From positions 10,519 to 74,518 of the forward strand of contig CACWSW010000002.1 in NCBI GenBank assembly GCA_902763655.1: a stretch of DNA of 64,000 bases. Direction: 5' to 3'. Each line of letters opens with the position of its first letter. Position 1 is the first letter of the stretch. The notes under the pieces were generated by a model. The model saw nothing but the letters and a program-made list of their open reading frames with translations. It did not search any database and was not told the DNA's origin. A program made the translations under genes and the position numbers. Positions 16,792 to 24,939 of the stretch are shown here, one piece after another. Source of the stretch: an uncultured bacterium (GTDB taxonomy: Bacteria > Verrucomicrobiota > Kiritimatiellia > RFP12 > UBA1067).

Positions 16792-18500
16792 TGAAGGAGC
16801 AAGATGATGAAGATCAACAGAAGGCAATTCATCGGGGGAATGGCGGCGGCCGGGACGGTGCCGGGCGCGTGGCGCGGGTCGGGCTCGTCACCGACACGCA
16901 CGTCGGCACGACGATGGAGAGCTGCGCGCGCGTGCGTGCCGCGCTGGAGCTGTTCAAGAAGAAAGGCGTTGAGATGGTGGTGAACTGCGGCGACATCGCC
17001 GACCGCCACTACCCCGACGGCTACCGCTACTACCGCAAGACCGTGAACGAAGTCTATCCCGATCCCGCGTCGCGTCCGATTGAGCGGTTCGTCTACGCCT
17101 TCCACGACGTGTGCGACTACCGTCCCGGCAGCGGCTGGAACGTGGCGCGCGACGCGGCGCCGGCGTTCGCGGACGTCCATCGTCTCCTGGAGGCGCCGAA
17201 CACGCACACCGACTCGCTCGAGTGGAAGGGAATGGCGTTCCTCAACTTCCCGCAGTCGACCGGCATGAAGGGCTTTCTCTCGTGGGACGACTACGAAGCG
17301 GCCGTGCGCCGAGCGTGCGAGACGCATCCCGGCAAGCCTGTCTTCGTGTTCGACCACCTGCCGCCAGCCGGCACCACGTTCCACAGCCGCCAGTGGGGCA
17401 GCGACGCCTGCCGCCGCGTGCTGAACAAGTATCCGCAGGTGGTGTCCATCTCCGGACACGTGCACGGCTCGCTCGCGAGCGAGCGTCAGATCTGGCAGGG
17501 CGAGTTCACGGCGGTGAACGTGGGGTGCCTCCAGACGTGGGGCGGGTTCGCGCCCGGCTCCACGCCGCCGCCGCAGGCGAAGCAGAACTTCGGCGCGCTC
17601 GTGATGGACATCTATTCGGACCGCCTCGTGTTCTACCGCTGCGACGTGCGCGACGGCTCGGAGTTCGGCGCGCCGTGGGTGGTGCCCCTGCCGTTCGCGG
17701 CGCAGTCCGCGCCGTTCGTGCCGGCGCGCGCCGCCGCGCGCGTGGAGCGCCTGCCCGCGTTCGGGGCGGACGCGGCGGTCGCCGTGACGCCGGTCAGCGG
17801 CGGCTATGCCGTGGAGTTTCCAGAGGCGACGGTCCCCGACCCGTTCATGTACCGCATCCGCTGCGAGCGGAAGGGCGCGTCCGGCGCATGGGAGGCCTTC
17901 TCGGAAGACGACATCTTCAGCGAGTTCTGGAAGGCGAAGGCCGACCGTACGGGCAAGGCGCGCCACGTGCTCGCGAGCGGCTTCTTCACGCCGGGCGCGA
18001 CGTACCGCGTCTCGGTGGCGCCGCTCGACTACTTCTACCGCGCCTCGCGCGCGATCGAGTCCACGTTCACGGCCTCGCACGCCGCCGAGACGGTATGGAC
18101 GCTCGACGATCCGATGCACGCGCTGCGCTTCACCGAGCATGGCAATCCGGTGGGCCTCACCGCGGGCGGGCGTTTCGCGCCGCCGAGCGGGCAGGGCACG
18201 CTGTGGCTCCCCGATGGCGCGCTCGCTAAGCTCAAGCCGGGCGCGCGCCACCAGCTCGTCGTAGACCTCGACGCCGTGCAGCCGGACGGCGAGTGGTGCG
18301 CGTGGCGAATCGGCCTGCACGCGCGCGAGGGTGCGAAGCTCGGCGGCGACATCCAGACCGTGCCCGGCGCGCCGGGGACGCTGCGGTACGTCTTTGCGTT
18401 CACCGTGCCGGCCGGCGGTCTCGACAGCGCCAAGCTCGTGTTCAACTACGTGAGCCCAGGGGCGAGCCTCCGCATCGAACGCTGCGTGGTTTTAACCTAA
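16755..18500 (+). CDS. Calcineurin-like metallophosphoesterase with FN3-like and beta-sandwich C-terminal domains (cassette 2); 5-prime end uncertain or frameshifted
   Basis: MPE motifs: GLVTDTHVG, VVNCGDIADRH, FVFDHLPP, ISGHVHGSLASE. It is paralogous to the N-terminal half of 9773..13084. A complete Tat leader MMKINRRQFIGGMAAAGTVPGA starts at ATG 16804 but lies in the +1 frame. An in-frame GTG at 16869 is the alternative start. Confidence 0.75.
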   Translation: MRNYGEPPSWRLMKEQDDEDQQKAIHRGNGGGRDGAGRVARVGLVTDTHVGTTMESCARVRAALELFKKKGVEMVVNCGDIADRHYPDGYRYYRKTVNEVYPDPASRPIERFVYAFHDVCDYRPGSGWNVARDAAPAFADVHRLLEAPNTHTDSLEWKGMAFLNFPQSTGMKGFLSWDDYEAAVRRACETHPGKPVFVFDHLPPAGTTFHSRQWGSDACRRVLNKYPQVVSISGHVHGSLASERQIWQGEFTAVNVGCLQTWGGFAPGSTPPPQAKQNFGALVMDIYSDRLVFYRCDVRDGSEFGAPWVVPLPFAAQSAPFVPARAAARVERLPAFGADAAVAVTPVSGGYAVEFPEATVPDPFMYRIRCERKGASGAWEAFSEDDIFSEFWKAKADRTGKARHVLASGFFTPGATYRVSVAPLDYFYRASRAIESTFTASHAAETVWTLDDPMHALRFTEHGNPVGLTAGGRFAPPSGQGTLWLPDGALAKLKPGARHQLVVDLDAVQPDGEWCAWRIGLHAREGAKLGGDIQTVPGAPGTLRYVFAFTVPAGGLDSAKLVFNYVSPGASLRIERCVVLT

Positions 18501-18543
18501 AAGCCTCGGTTGGATGTCTCACGCAGAGGCACAAGCGGATTTG

Positions 18544-18552
18544 TGATATACT
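18544..18552 (+). promoter_or_regulatory. Extended -10 element TGATATACT upstream of the HzsA-like/FGE gene
   Basis: Lies 46 nt upstream of ATG 18598, with a GGAGG RBS in between. An identical TGATATACT precedes the paralog on the other strand (24875-24883). Confidence 0.4.
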
Positions 18553-18597
18553 TTTCCCGCACAAGACCAGCGAGAACTGCTAATCGATGGAGGCATC

Positions 18598-21500
18598 ATG
18601 AAAGGTCATCTTATTGGAATCGTCTGTGGACTGATCGCCGCAACAGCGTTTTCGGCCACGCCGGACGCCGCCGCCGTGCGACGGGCGAAGGAGCAGCTGG
18701 CGCTATTCAAGCCCGATGCCGCGCGCCGCGCGATGGCCGACCTGAAGTCCAACCCGAAGTACAACTGGGCGAAGCACAACGCCGCCGTGGAGGCCTTGAT
18801 CGCGAAACGCGAATTCGTGCAGACCGCCCTCGCCGGCAAGGACGTCGCGAAGCAGGCGGAGGCCGTCGCGCTCGTAGAGGCGTACCGCGCCGCGATGCTC
18901 GCGAACCCGGTCCTCGACTTCGACAAGATCCTCTGCGTCCACCGAAAGATCGGCAACCCGCGCGGCGCGTTCGGCGGGCGTGGCAGCGGCATGACCGGCC
19001 TCAACGCCGAGAACCACATGGTCGCGCCGCGCACCGGTTTCCCGAACGAGATCGTCGTCCTCTCCAACCTGCGCGGCACGCCCACGTACACGGAGATATA
19101 CAAGCCCGCCGACGGCACGTCCGTGGTGCGCGACCTCGACCTCGACTTCGATGCCTCCCGCATCCTCTTCACGCAGTACAAGGGCACGAACAACCTCTTC
19201 GGCGTGTACGAGATTTTGGTGAAAGATGAAAGTCGAAAGGTGAAAGGTGAGGAGGGCGCGGCAGACGCCAACCCACACCTTTCACCTTTCACCCTTCACC
19301 CTTCACCGCCGACGTTGGTCTCGCCGGAAGACGGCCACTACGACATCCAGTGGTGGGACGGCTGCTACCTGCCCAACAAGGACCAGGTGGTGATGCTCGG
19401 CACGGCCGCCTTCCAGTTCCTGCCGTGCGAGGACGGCAACATGCCGATGGCCGTCCTCTACCGCATCGACCGCAAGACCGGCGAGGTGCGCCAGCTCACC
19501 TACGAGCAGGACAGCGACTACACGCCGAACATCACGCACGACGGGCGCATTCTCTACACGCGCTGGGAATACTCCGACCAGCCCCACTACTGGAGCCGCG
19601 TGCTCATGACGATGAACCCCGACGGCATCGGCCAGCTCTCCGTGTGGGGCTCGAACTCCTTCGTGCCCACGTTCTTCTACTGCGCCCGTTCCGTCCCGGG
19701 CGACCCGCACCTCCTCACCATGATCGGCGGCGGCCACCACGACCGCGCCGAGGTCGGCCGCTTCTTCCAGGTCGACCCCACCCTCGCGCGCGCCTATCCC
19801 TTCAAGTACGACCCGCCAGACCGCGAGTGGGGTCCGCCCAAGCACACGCTCCGCATCCCCACGAAGGTGTTCCCGAAGGAGAAGACCGGCCTCGTGCACG
19901 AGTTCCCCGGCTTCGGCAAGGACGTGGAGGGCGACATGGCCGACCCCTACACGATGAACCAGTTCGCGCGCGGCAAGTACTACTTCTCCCACCCGTGGCC
20001 GCTCGACGCCAAGTACAACCTCGCCACCGTCAAGGCCGCGCCCGACGCGCTCATGGGCCTCTACCTCGTGGACGTGTTCGACAACGTCACGCGCATCGCC
20101 GAGGCCGACGACGGCCTGCTCGTGGAGGCGATCCCGTTCGTGCCGCGCAAGCGCCCGCCGATCATCCCCGACCGCTCGGTGAAGGGCGCCACAACATGCT
20201 CCGTGCACGTTGCCGACATCTACAACGGCCCCGGCCTCGCTGGCATCCCGCGTGGGACGGTCAAGAAGCTCCGCCTCTTCTCCTACCACTACAACTACCA
20301 CAACGTGGGCGGACACTCCTCCACCGGCTGGATCGGCTACAGGAAGTCGCCCTACAACGAGCGAGTGGAGTCCGGCTGGGACATCAAGCGCATCCTCGGC
20401 ACCGTGGACATCGAGGCCGACGGCTCCTGCTGCTTCGAGATGCCCGCGAACACGCCGATATCACTCCAGCCGCTCGACGAGAAGGGACAGGCCGTCCAGC
20501 TGATGCGCTCGTGGGTTGTGGGCATGCCCGGCGAGCGCGTCTCGTGCACCGGCTGCCACGAGGACAACCGCACTTCCATCCACACCAAGCGCACGATCGC
20601 CGACGAGAAGTACTTCAAGGGCCAGATGCAGAAGATCAAGCCGACCGACACCGACGGCCTCCGTCCGTGGGGCTTCGCCGCCGAGATGTGGCCCGTCGTG
20701 CGCAAGAACTGCTTCTCCTGCCACGGCGACCCTGCCAAGGCCCCGCTCGCCAAGGCCGACCAGGGCGGCGCGAAGGAAGTGAAGGTGGACATCTTCACGA
20801 AGTACGAGCTCTCCGGCAAGCGCCTCGTGATGGACACGCCCGAGAACGCCTACCGGATGCTGCACCCGTACATCCGCCGCCCCGGTCCAGAGAGCGAGGA
20901 GACGCTTCTCCCGCAGATGGACTACCACGCCTCGACAAGCCCGCTCGTGCAGATGCTCCGCAAGGGTCACAAGGGAATAAAGCTCGCCGACGCCGAGTGG
21001 ATGAAGATCTACGAGTGGATCGACCTCAACGCGCCCTTCATCGGCAAGTGGAATCCGCCGGAGATCAAGGGCGACAAGTGGGTGAACGCATGCGTGCCCA
21101 GCCAGGTGGAGCGCCGCCTCGAGCTGCAGAAGCGCTACGCCAACGTCCCCGACAACCCGGAGGCGGAGTACGACAGGTATTGGGCGATCGTGAGCAACAG
21201 ACTGGAGAAGTTAAGTGGCCCTTCGGGCCTAAGTGCGCCTTCGGCGCTAAGTGCTGCTTCGCAGCTAAATGAACTTAGTCGCGAAGCGACACATAGGGGC
21301 GCAGCCCCACTTAAGGCCGAAGGCCCACTTAATCACTTAACCCTCCAGGGCTGGCCGATGAACGTGCTGCAATCCGCCGACGCGCAACTCGGCCGCATCG
21401 ACGAGATCACGCCCGTCAACACGAAGACGCTGATCCTCGGCGCGGGCCAGTCGCTCACCTTCCGCCGCATCCCCGCCGGCGCGTTCGTGATGGGCAGCTC

Positions 21501-22263
21501 CACTGGCTATCCCGACGAACGTCCGCAGGCCGTCGTGAAGATCGCGAAGCCGTTCTGGATCTCGGAGATGGAGATCCGCAACGACCAGTACAACGTCTTC
21601 GACCCCGAGCACGACTCGCGCTATCAGGACGAGTTCGGCAAGGACCACGTCTTCCCCGGCCACATCGGCAACCATCGCCGCCAGCCCGTCGTGCGCGTCT
21701 CGTGGCACGAGGCCAAGGCGTTCTGCGCGTGGCTCTCGAAGACGTGCGGCGTGAAGGCGGATCTCCCCACCGAGGCGCAGTGGGAGTGGGCCGCGAGGTC
21801 GGGCACAGACACGCCCTTCCCGTGGGGCGGGCTCGACGACGACTTCTCGAAGTTCGCCAACTTTGCCGACCGCGACACGCGTTTCCAGGTGGTCGGCTTC
21901 GACGGCGGCGGCAACATCCGCAACCGCAAGCCGTTCAAGATCGAGCAGAACTATCCGCTCCACGACGAGCGCTTCCTCGACGACTGGTTCAACATCAACT
22001 TTGTTGGCCGCGCGAACGCCAACCGCTGGGGCCTCTACGACATGCACGGCAACGCGAGCGAATGGACGCGAAGCGACTATGCGCCGTATCCGTACGTGGA
22101 CGGCGACGGACGCAACGCGAACGATCCGAAGAAGCCGAAGGTGGCGCGCGGCGGCTCGTACGCCTCGCGTCCGCGCGACGGCACCAGCTCGTACCGCCTC
22201 GTCTACGAGCCGTGGCAGAAGGTGTTCGACGTCGGTTTCCGCGTCATCCTCGAGGCAGAGTAA
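18598..22263 (+). CDS. HzsA-like beta-propeller / di-heme c-type cytochrome protein fused to a C-terminal FGE-sulfatase (SUMF1-like) domain
   Basis: Signal peptide. Propeller-type segments (YTPNITHDGRILYTRWEYSD). CxxCH motifs CTGCH at 20545-20559 and CFSCH at 20710-20724. The C-terminal ~290 aa carry RIPAGAFVMGS, RRQPVVRVSWHEAKAFCAWLS, LPTEAQWEWAARSG, NRWGLYDMHGNASEWT, ARGGSY and GFRVI, the FGE-sulfatase signature set. Confidence 0.75.
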   Translation: MKGHLIGIVCGLIAATAFSATPDAAAVRRAKEQLALFKPDAARRAMADLKSNPKYNWAKHNAAVEALIAKREFVQTALAGKDVAKQAEAVALVEAYRAAMLANPVLDFDKILCVHRKIGNPRGAFGGRGSGMTGLNAENHMVAPRTGFPNEIVVLSNLRGTPTYTEIYKPADGTSVVRDLDLDFDASRILFTQYKGTNNLFGVYEILVKDESRKVKGEEGAADANPHLSPFTLHPSPPTLVSPEDGHYDIQWWDGCYLPNKDQVVMLGTAAFQFLPCEDGNMPMAVLYRIDRKTGEVRQLTYEQDSDYTPNITHDGRILYTRWEYSDQPHYWSRVLMTMNPDGIGQLSVWGSNSFVPTFFYCARSVPGDPHLLTMIGGGHHDRAEVGRFFQVDPTLARAYPFKYDPPDREWGPPKHTLRIPTKVFPKEKTGLVHEFPGFGKDVEGDMADPYTMNQFARGKYYFSHPWPLDAKYNLATVKAAPDALMGLYLVDVFDNVTRIAEADDGLLVEAIPFVPRKRPPIIPDRSVKGATTCSVHVADIYNGPGLAGIPRGTVKKLRLFSYHYNYHNVGGHSSTGWIGYRKSPYNERVESGWDIKRILGTVDIEADGSCCFEMPANTPISLQPLDEKGQAVQLMRSWVVGMPGERVSCTGCHEDNRTSIHTKRTIADEKYFKGQMQKIKPTDTDGLRPWGFAAEMWPVVRKNCFSCHGDPAKAPLAKADQGGAKEVKVDIFTKYELSGKRLVMDTPENAYRMLHPYIRRPGPESEETLLPQMDYHASTSPLVQMLRKGHKGIKLADAEWMKIYEWIDLNAPFIGKWNPPEIKGDKWVNACVPSQVERRLELQKRYANVPDNPEAEYDRYWAIVSNRLEKLSGPSGLSAPSALSAASQLNELSREATHRGAAPLKAEGPLNHLTLQGWPMNVLQSADAQLGRIDEITPVNTKTLILGAGQSLTFRRIPAGAFVMGSSTGYPDERPQAVVKIAKPFWISEMEIRNDQYNVFDPEHDSRYQDEFGKDHVFPGHIGNHRRQPVVRVSWHEAKAFCAWLSKTCGVKADLPTEAQWEWAARSGTDTPFPWGGLDDDFSKFANFADRDTRFQVVGFDGGGNIRNRKPFKIEQNYPLHDERFLDDWFNINFVGRANANRWGLYDMHGNASEWTRSDYAPYPYVDGDGRNANDPKKPKVARGGSYASRPRDGTSSYRLVYEPWQKVFDVGFRVILEAE
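19217..19308. repeat. Intragenic imperfect inverted repeat of GTGAAAG / CTTTCAC units
   Basis: GGTGAAAGATGAAAGTCGAAAGGTGAAAGGTGAGG at 19217-19251 faces CACACCTTTCACCTTTCACCCTTCACCCTTCACCG at 19274-19308. It is translated in frame as ...KDESRKVKGEEGAADANPHLSPFTLHPSPP.... Confidence 0.8.
21211..21340. repeat. Intragenic composite palindrome built from TAAGTG-spaced mini-hairpins with TTCG / GAAG loops
   Basis: Left half: TTAAGTG-GCCCTTCGGGCC-TAAGTG-CGCCTTCGGCGC-TAAGTG-CTGCTTCGCAGC-TAAATG. Right half: CTTAG-TCGCGAAGCGAC-ACATAG-GGGCGCAGCCCC-ACTTAAG-GCCGAAGGCC-CACTTAA. It is translated in frame (LSGPSGLSAPSALSAASQLNELSREATHRGAAPLKAEGPLNHL). Confidence 0.8.
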
Positions 22264-24852
22264 CTACTGGAGGACTGGCTCTACGACCTGGCCCTCGAGC
22301 TGCATCTGCGGCTCGTAGTCGTGGGCCAGGTAGGAGCCGTTGGAATCCATGAAGAGGATCAGCCGCCGCCACTCGTCAGACGAGAGCGTCACGCCGTGAT
22401 GGCCTGCCTTCAGGATCGCGTATAGCTTCGAGCCGCGCGCGCCGACCTTGCCTGGCTCGGAGTACGACTGGAAGAAGTCGTCGCGCTGGCGGCCGAGCTT
22501 GTACCAGTCCTTGCCCTTGTACACCTTCGTGTAGTACTGCACGTAGCCGCCCGCGATCAGCTCCACGAACGACGTGTGGAACTGGAACGGGTTCGCACCG
22601 ATGTCGCCCTTCGTGAGGTTGGGCATCTTCTTCGCGTCGAACTTCGCGTTCGCGGGGCTGTGGCAGGAGACGCACTTCGCGTTCAGGACGCCCTGCACAA
22701 GACGAGGGTAGTTGTAGGGCTTGGAGCCTGACGGTTCGGGCTGGAGCGTGCTCGGCGGGCGGCGCATCGCCTTCGGGGAGGCCGTAGGGAGGGTCGCGCT
22801 CCTGCGCGACCGTTCCTCGTGGCAACCGTTGCACGTGAGCGTCTCGCCAGGCGCGGCGTAGGTGTCCGACCGCATCGTCTGCACGGCGCAGCCGTCGGCG
22901 TCGAGCGCCTGGAAGTAGACGGGGACGTTCACGGGAATCTTGAAGTACGCGCTGCCGTCCTCCTCCACAGGCACGGTGCCGAGGCACTGGCGGCCCGGCT
23001 GCTCGTCCGTGACGCCGAGACGCGGGATGGAGACGAACGGCTCTATCTTCGGTAGGATCTGCCACACGCGCAGCGCCTTGATGGGGACGTCCTTCGGGAA
23101 CGGATAGCGCGAGTTGTACACGTCCACCACGCCCACGGTCGCCGTCTTGGGCAGCTCCTCCGGCGGGATGCGCGGCGGCAGGCTGCCGTCCGCGCGGCGC
23201 GGACGACCCACGAGCGTCTTGTGCGAGATAGCGGGCGGCATCGGGCGCGCCTGGAGCGGCATCGGGTCGAGGCAGGAGATGGTGGGATGGGCGAATATCT
23301 CGATCTTGTTGCCGAAGGCGTCGAGGAGCGTGATGTTGTACTTGCGGCGCTGGGCGTCGATGGGCCCGTACTGGACGTTCGCGTCGCCGTCGTACACGCA
23401 CAGGTAGTACGTCTCCGAGAGAGGCCAGGCGGTGGCGTACGCGCCGGAGTGGTGGTAGAGGGTGTTGTTGGCCTCGGATTCCGGGAAGAGCTGGTCTGGC
23501 GTGAGGCGCTTCACCTGCGACATGGCGTCGTCGTCGGGCACGGACGGGTCGATAACGACCAGCGAACCGCGCTGGAGGGTGTGGTGGCCGGCGGCGGTGG
23601 CCACGTACTTGCGCGAGCCGGGGATGGCGCGGACGGAATGCTCGGCGTGCGGCCCCACGTCCTGGCGCGTGCGCGTGTTGCCGTTCAGTTCGCGCGGGTC
23701 GCGTCCGTCAGGATACGCGATCCAGGCGTGGTGCGCTTGGTTGAAGCCGCGGTCCACGTAGTCCCAGCGCGTGTAGACGATCATGCCATCGTTGTTGATC
23801 GACGGCTCGAACTCGTTCGTCTCGTGGTAGGAGATGCAGGTGATGTCGGAGCCGTCGGGGAACATCGAGTAGAGAGTGTAGTTCGGCACCTCGCGGCGGT
23901 GGCAGCGGCCGTATCCGCCGCGCCGCTCGCTCACGAACGCGACGCGTCCGTTCGGCATCCAGCAAGGGAAAAGGTCGTTCACGTTGCCGCTAGTGAGCTG
24001 CTCGAGGTGCGAGCCGTCGGTGCGGCACCTGAAGATGTGGAACACGGTGTCGTCGTTCCACTTGCGGATCTCGGGCTTCGCGCGCGTGGCACAGAAGAGG
24101 ATGTCCTTGCCGTCGTACGAGACGTCAGGCGCGAGGAAACCACACGTGTTGCGCGTGTCCCAGCCGTGCTTGAAGCGGAGCTTGCGCCCCTTCCACGGCC
24201 CCTTCTCCACCTTGCGGTCGAAGAGCAGGTCCACGAGCTTCGGGCTGTCGCCGAAGGGATCTTCCAGCACGTACAGCCCGTCGTCCATGGTGGATTCCTT
24301 CAGGCGCGCGTGGAAACCGAAGAACTGGTCGCAGATGTGCGTGCCCCAGTCGAGCTCCTGGGTGGGGAACGCCTCGCGCGTGACGAACAGGAGCTTGCGG
24401 ATGGACCGCACGAGCGGGTTCTTCCATGCGATCGACTTGCGGATGCGCATCAGGCGCGTGAAGAGCGCGTAGCGCGCATCCTCGTCGGCGGGCGCTGCCT
24501 TCGCGGCCTCGGCGGCGAGCGCGGCGAGCGCGACGCGGTCTTGCGCAAACACGGTTTGCGCATCAGGACTGGACTGCAGGTCGTCCGCAAGCGCCTGCGT
24601 GCGGCGGAGCAGCACGTCGAGCGGATCGCGGTCCTCGGGCCAGATGAGCGCCTGGCGGTTGAGCACCTCGCTCTCGGGCGGCTGGAAGTTTGGGACGGTC
24701 TCGGTGGCGCGCGGACGCGGCTTGTTCCACATGGCGATGTCGCGCGCGAGCAGGCGCCACGTCTTCGCCGTCTCCTCGCGGGAGACCGTCGGCGCGGCAA
24801 GCAGGCCGGAGATGCACAGGACGGACAGTATTGCTGGCAGGATTTTTTTCAT
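22264..24852 (-). CDS. HzsA-like beta-propeller / di-heme c-type cytochrome protein (paralog of 18598..22263, no FGE domain)
   Basis: The real start is ATG 24852 (MKKILPAILSVLCISGLLAAP signal peptide, AGAGAGG RBS). The track ORF is over-extended to 25647 across tsaB. Propeller segments include PSINNDGMIVYTRWDYVD. CxxCH motifs CNGCH (complement of 22819-22833) and CVSCH (complement of 22660-22674). Confidence 0.75.
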   Translation of the reverse strand: MKKILPAILSVLCISGLLAAPTVSREETAKTWRLLARDIAMWNKPRPRATETVPNFQPPESEVLNRQALIWPEDRDPLDVLLRRTQALADDLQSSPDAQTVFAQDRVALAALAAEAAKAAPADEDARYALFTRLMRIRKSIAWKNPLVRSIRKLLFVTREAFPTQELDWGTHICDQFFGFHARLKESTMDDGLYVLEDPFGDSPKLVDLLFDRKVEKGPWKGRKLRFKHGWDTRNTCGFLAPDVSYDGKDILFCATRAKPEIRKWNDDTVFHIFRCRTDGSHLEQLTSGNVNDLFPCWMPNGRVAFVSERRGGYGRCHRREVPNYTLYSMFPDGSDITCISYHETNEFEPSINNDGMIVYTRWDYVDRGFNQAHHAWIAYPDGRDPRELNGNTRTRQDVGPHAEHSVRAIPGSRKYVATAAGHHTLQRGSLVVIDPSVPDDDAMSQVKRLTPDQLFPESEANNTLYHHSGAYATAWPLSETYYLCVYDGDANVQYGPIDAQRRKYNITLLDAFGNKIEIFAHPTISCLDPMPLQARPMPPAISHKTLVGRPRRADGSLPPRIPPEELPKTATVGVVDVYNSRYPFPKDVPIKALRVWQILPKIEPFVSIPRLGVTDEQPGRQCLGTVPVEEDGSAYFKIPVNVPVYFQALDADGCAVQTMRSDTYAAPGETLTCNGCHEERSRRSATLPTASPKAMRRPPSTLQPEPSGSKPYNYPRLVQGVLNAKCVSCHSPANAKFDAKKMPNLTKGDIGANPFQFHTSFVELIAGGYVQYYTKVYKGKDWYKLGRQRDDFFQSYSEPGKVGARGSKLYAILKAGHHGVTLSSDEWRRLILFMDSNGSYLAHDYEPQMQLEGQVVEPVLQ

Positions 24853-24874
24853 TATGGCCTCTCTATTCGGCAAG

Positions 24875-24883
24875 AGTATATCA
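24875..24883 (-). promoter_or_regulatory. Extended -10 element TGATATACT for 22264..24852
   Basis: The complement of AGTATATCA reads TGATATACT. It lies 22 nt upstream of ATG 24852, with a purine-rich RBS in between. Confidence 0.4.
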
Positions 24884-24921
24884 AAAGTTGGCGACGGCAC
24901 ATGGCGGAAACGGCACGGATT

Positions 24922-24930
24922 TGGTAAAAT
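24922..24930 (+). promoter_or_regulatory. Extended -10 element TGGTAAAAT 9 nt upstream of the tsaB ATG (near-leaderless)
   Basis: TGGTAAAAT at 24922-24930 and ATG at 24940. There is no Shine-Dalgarno sequence in between. Confidence 0.4.
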
Positions 24931-24939
24931 CTTTCCCGC

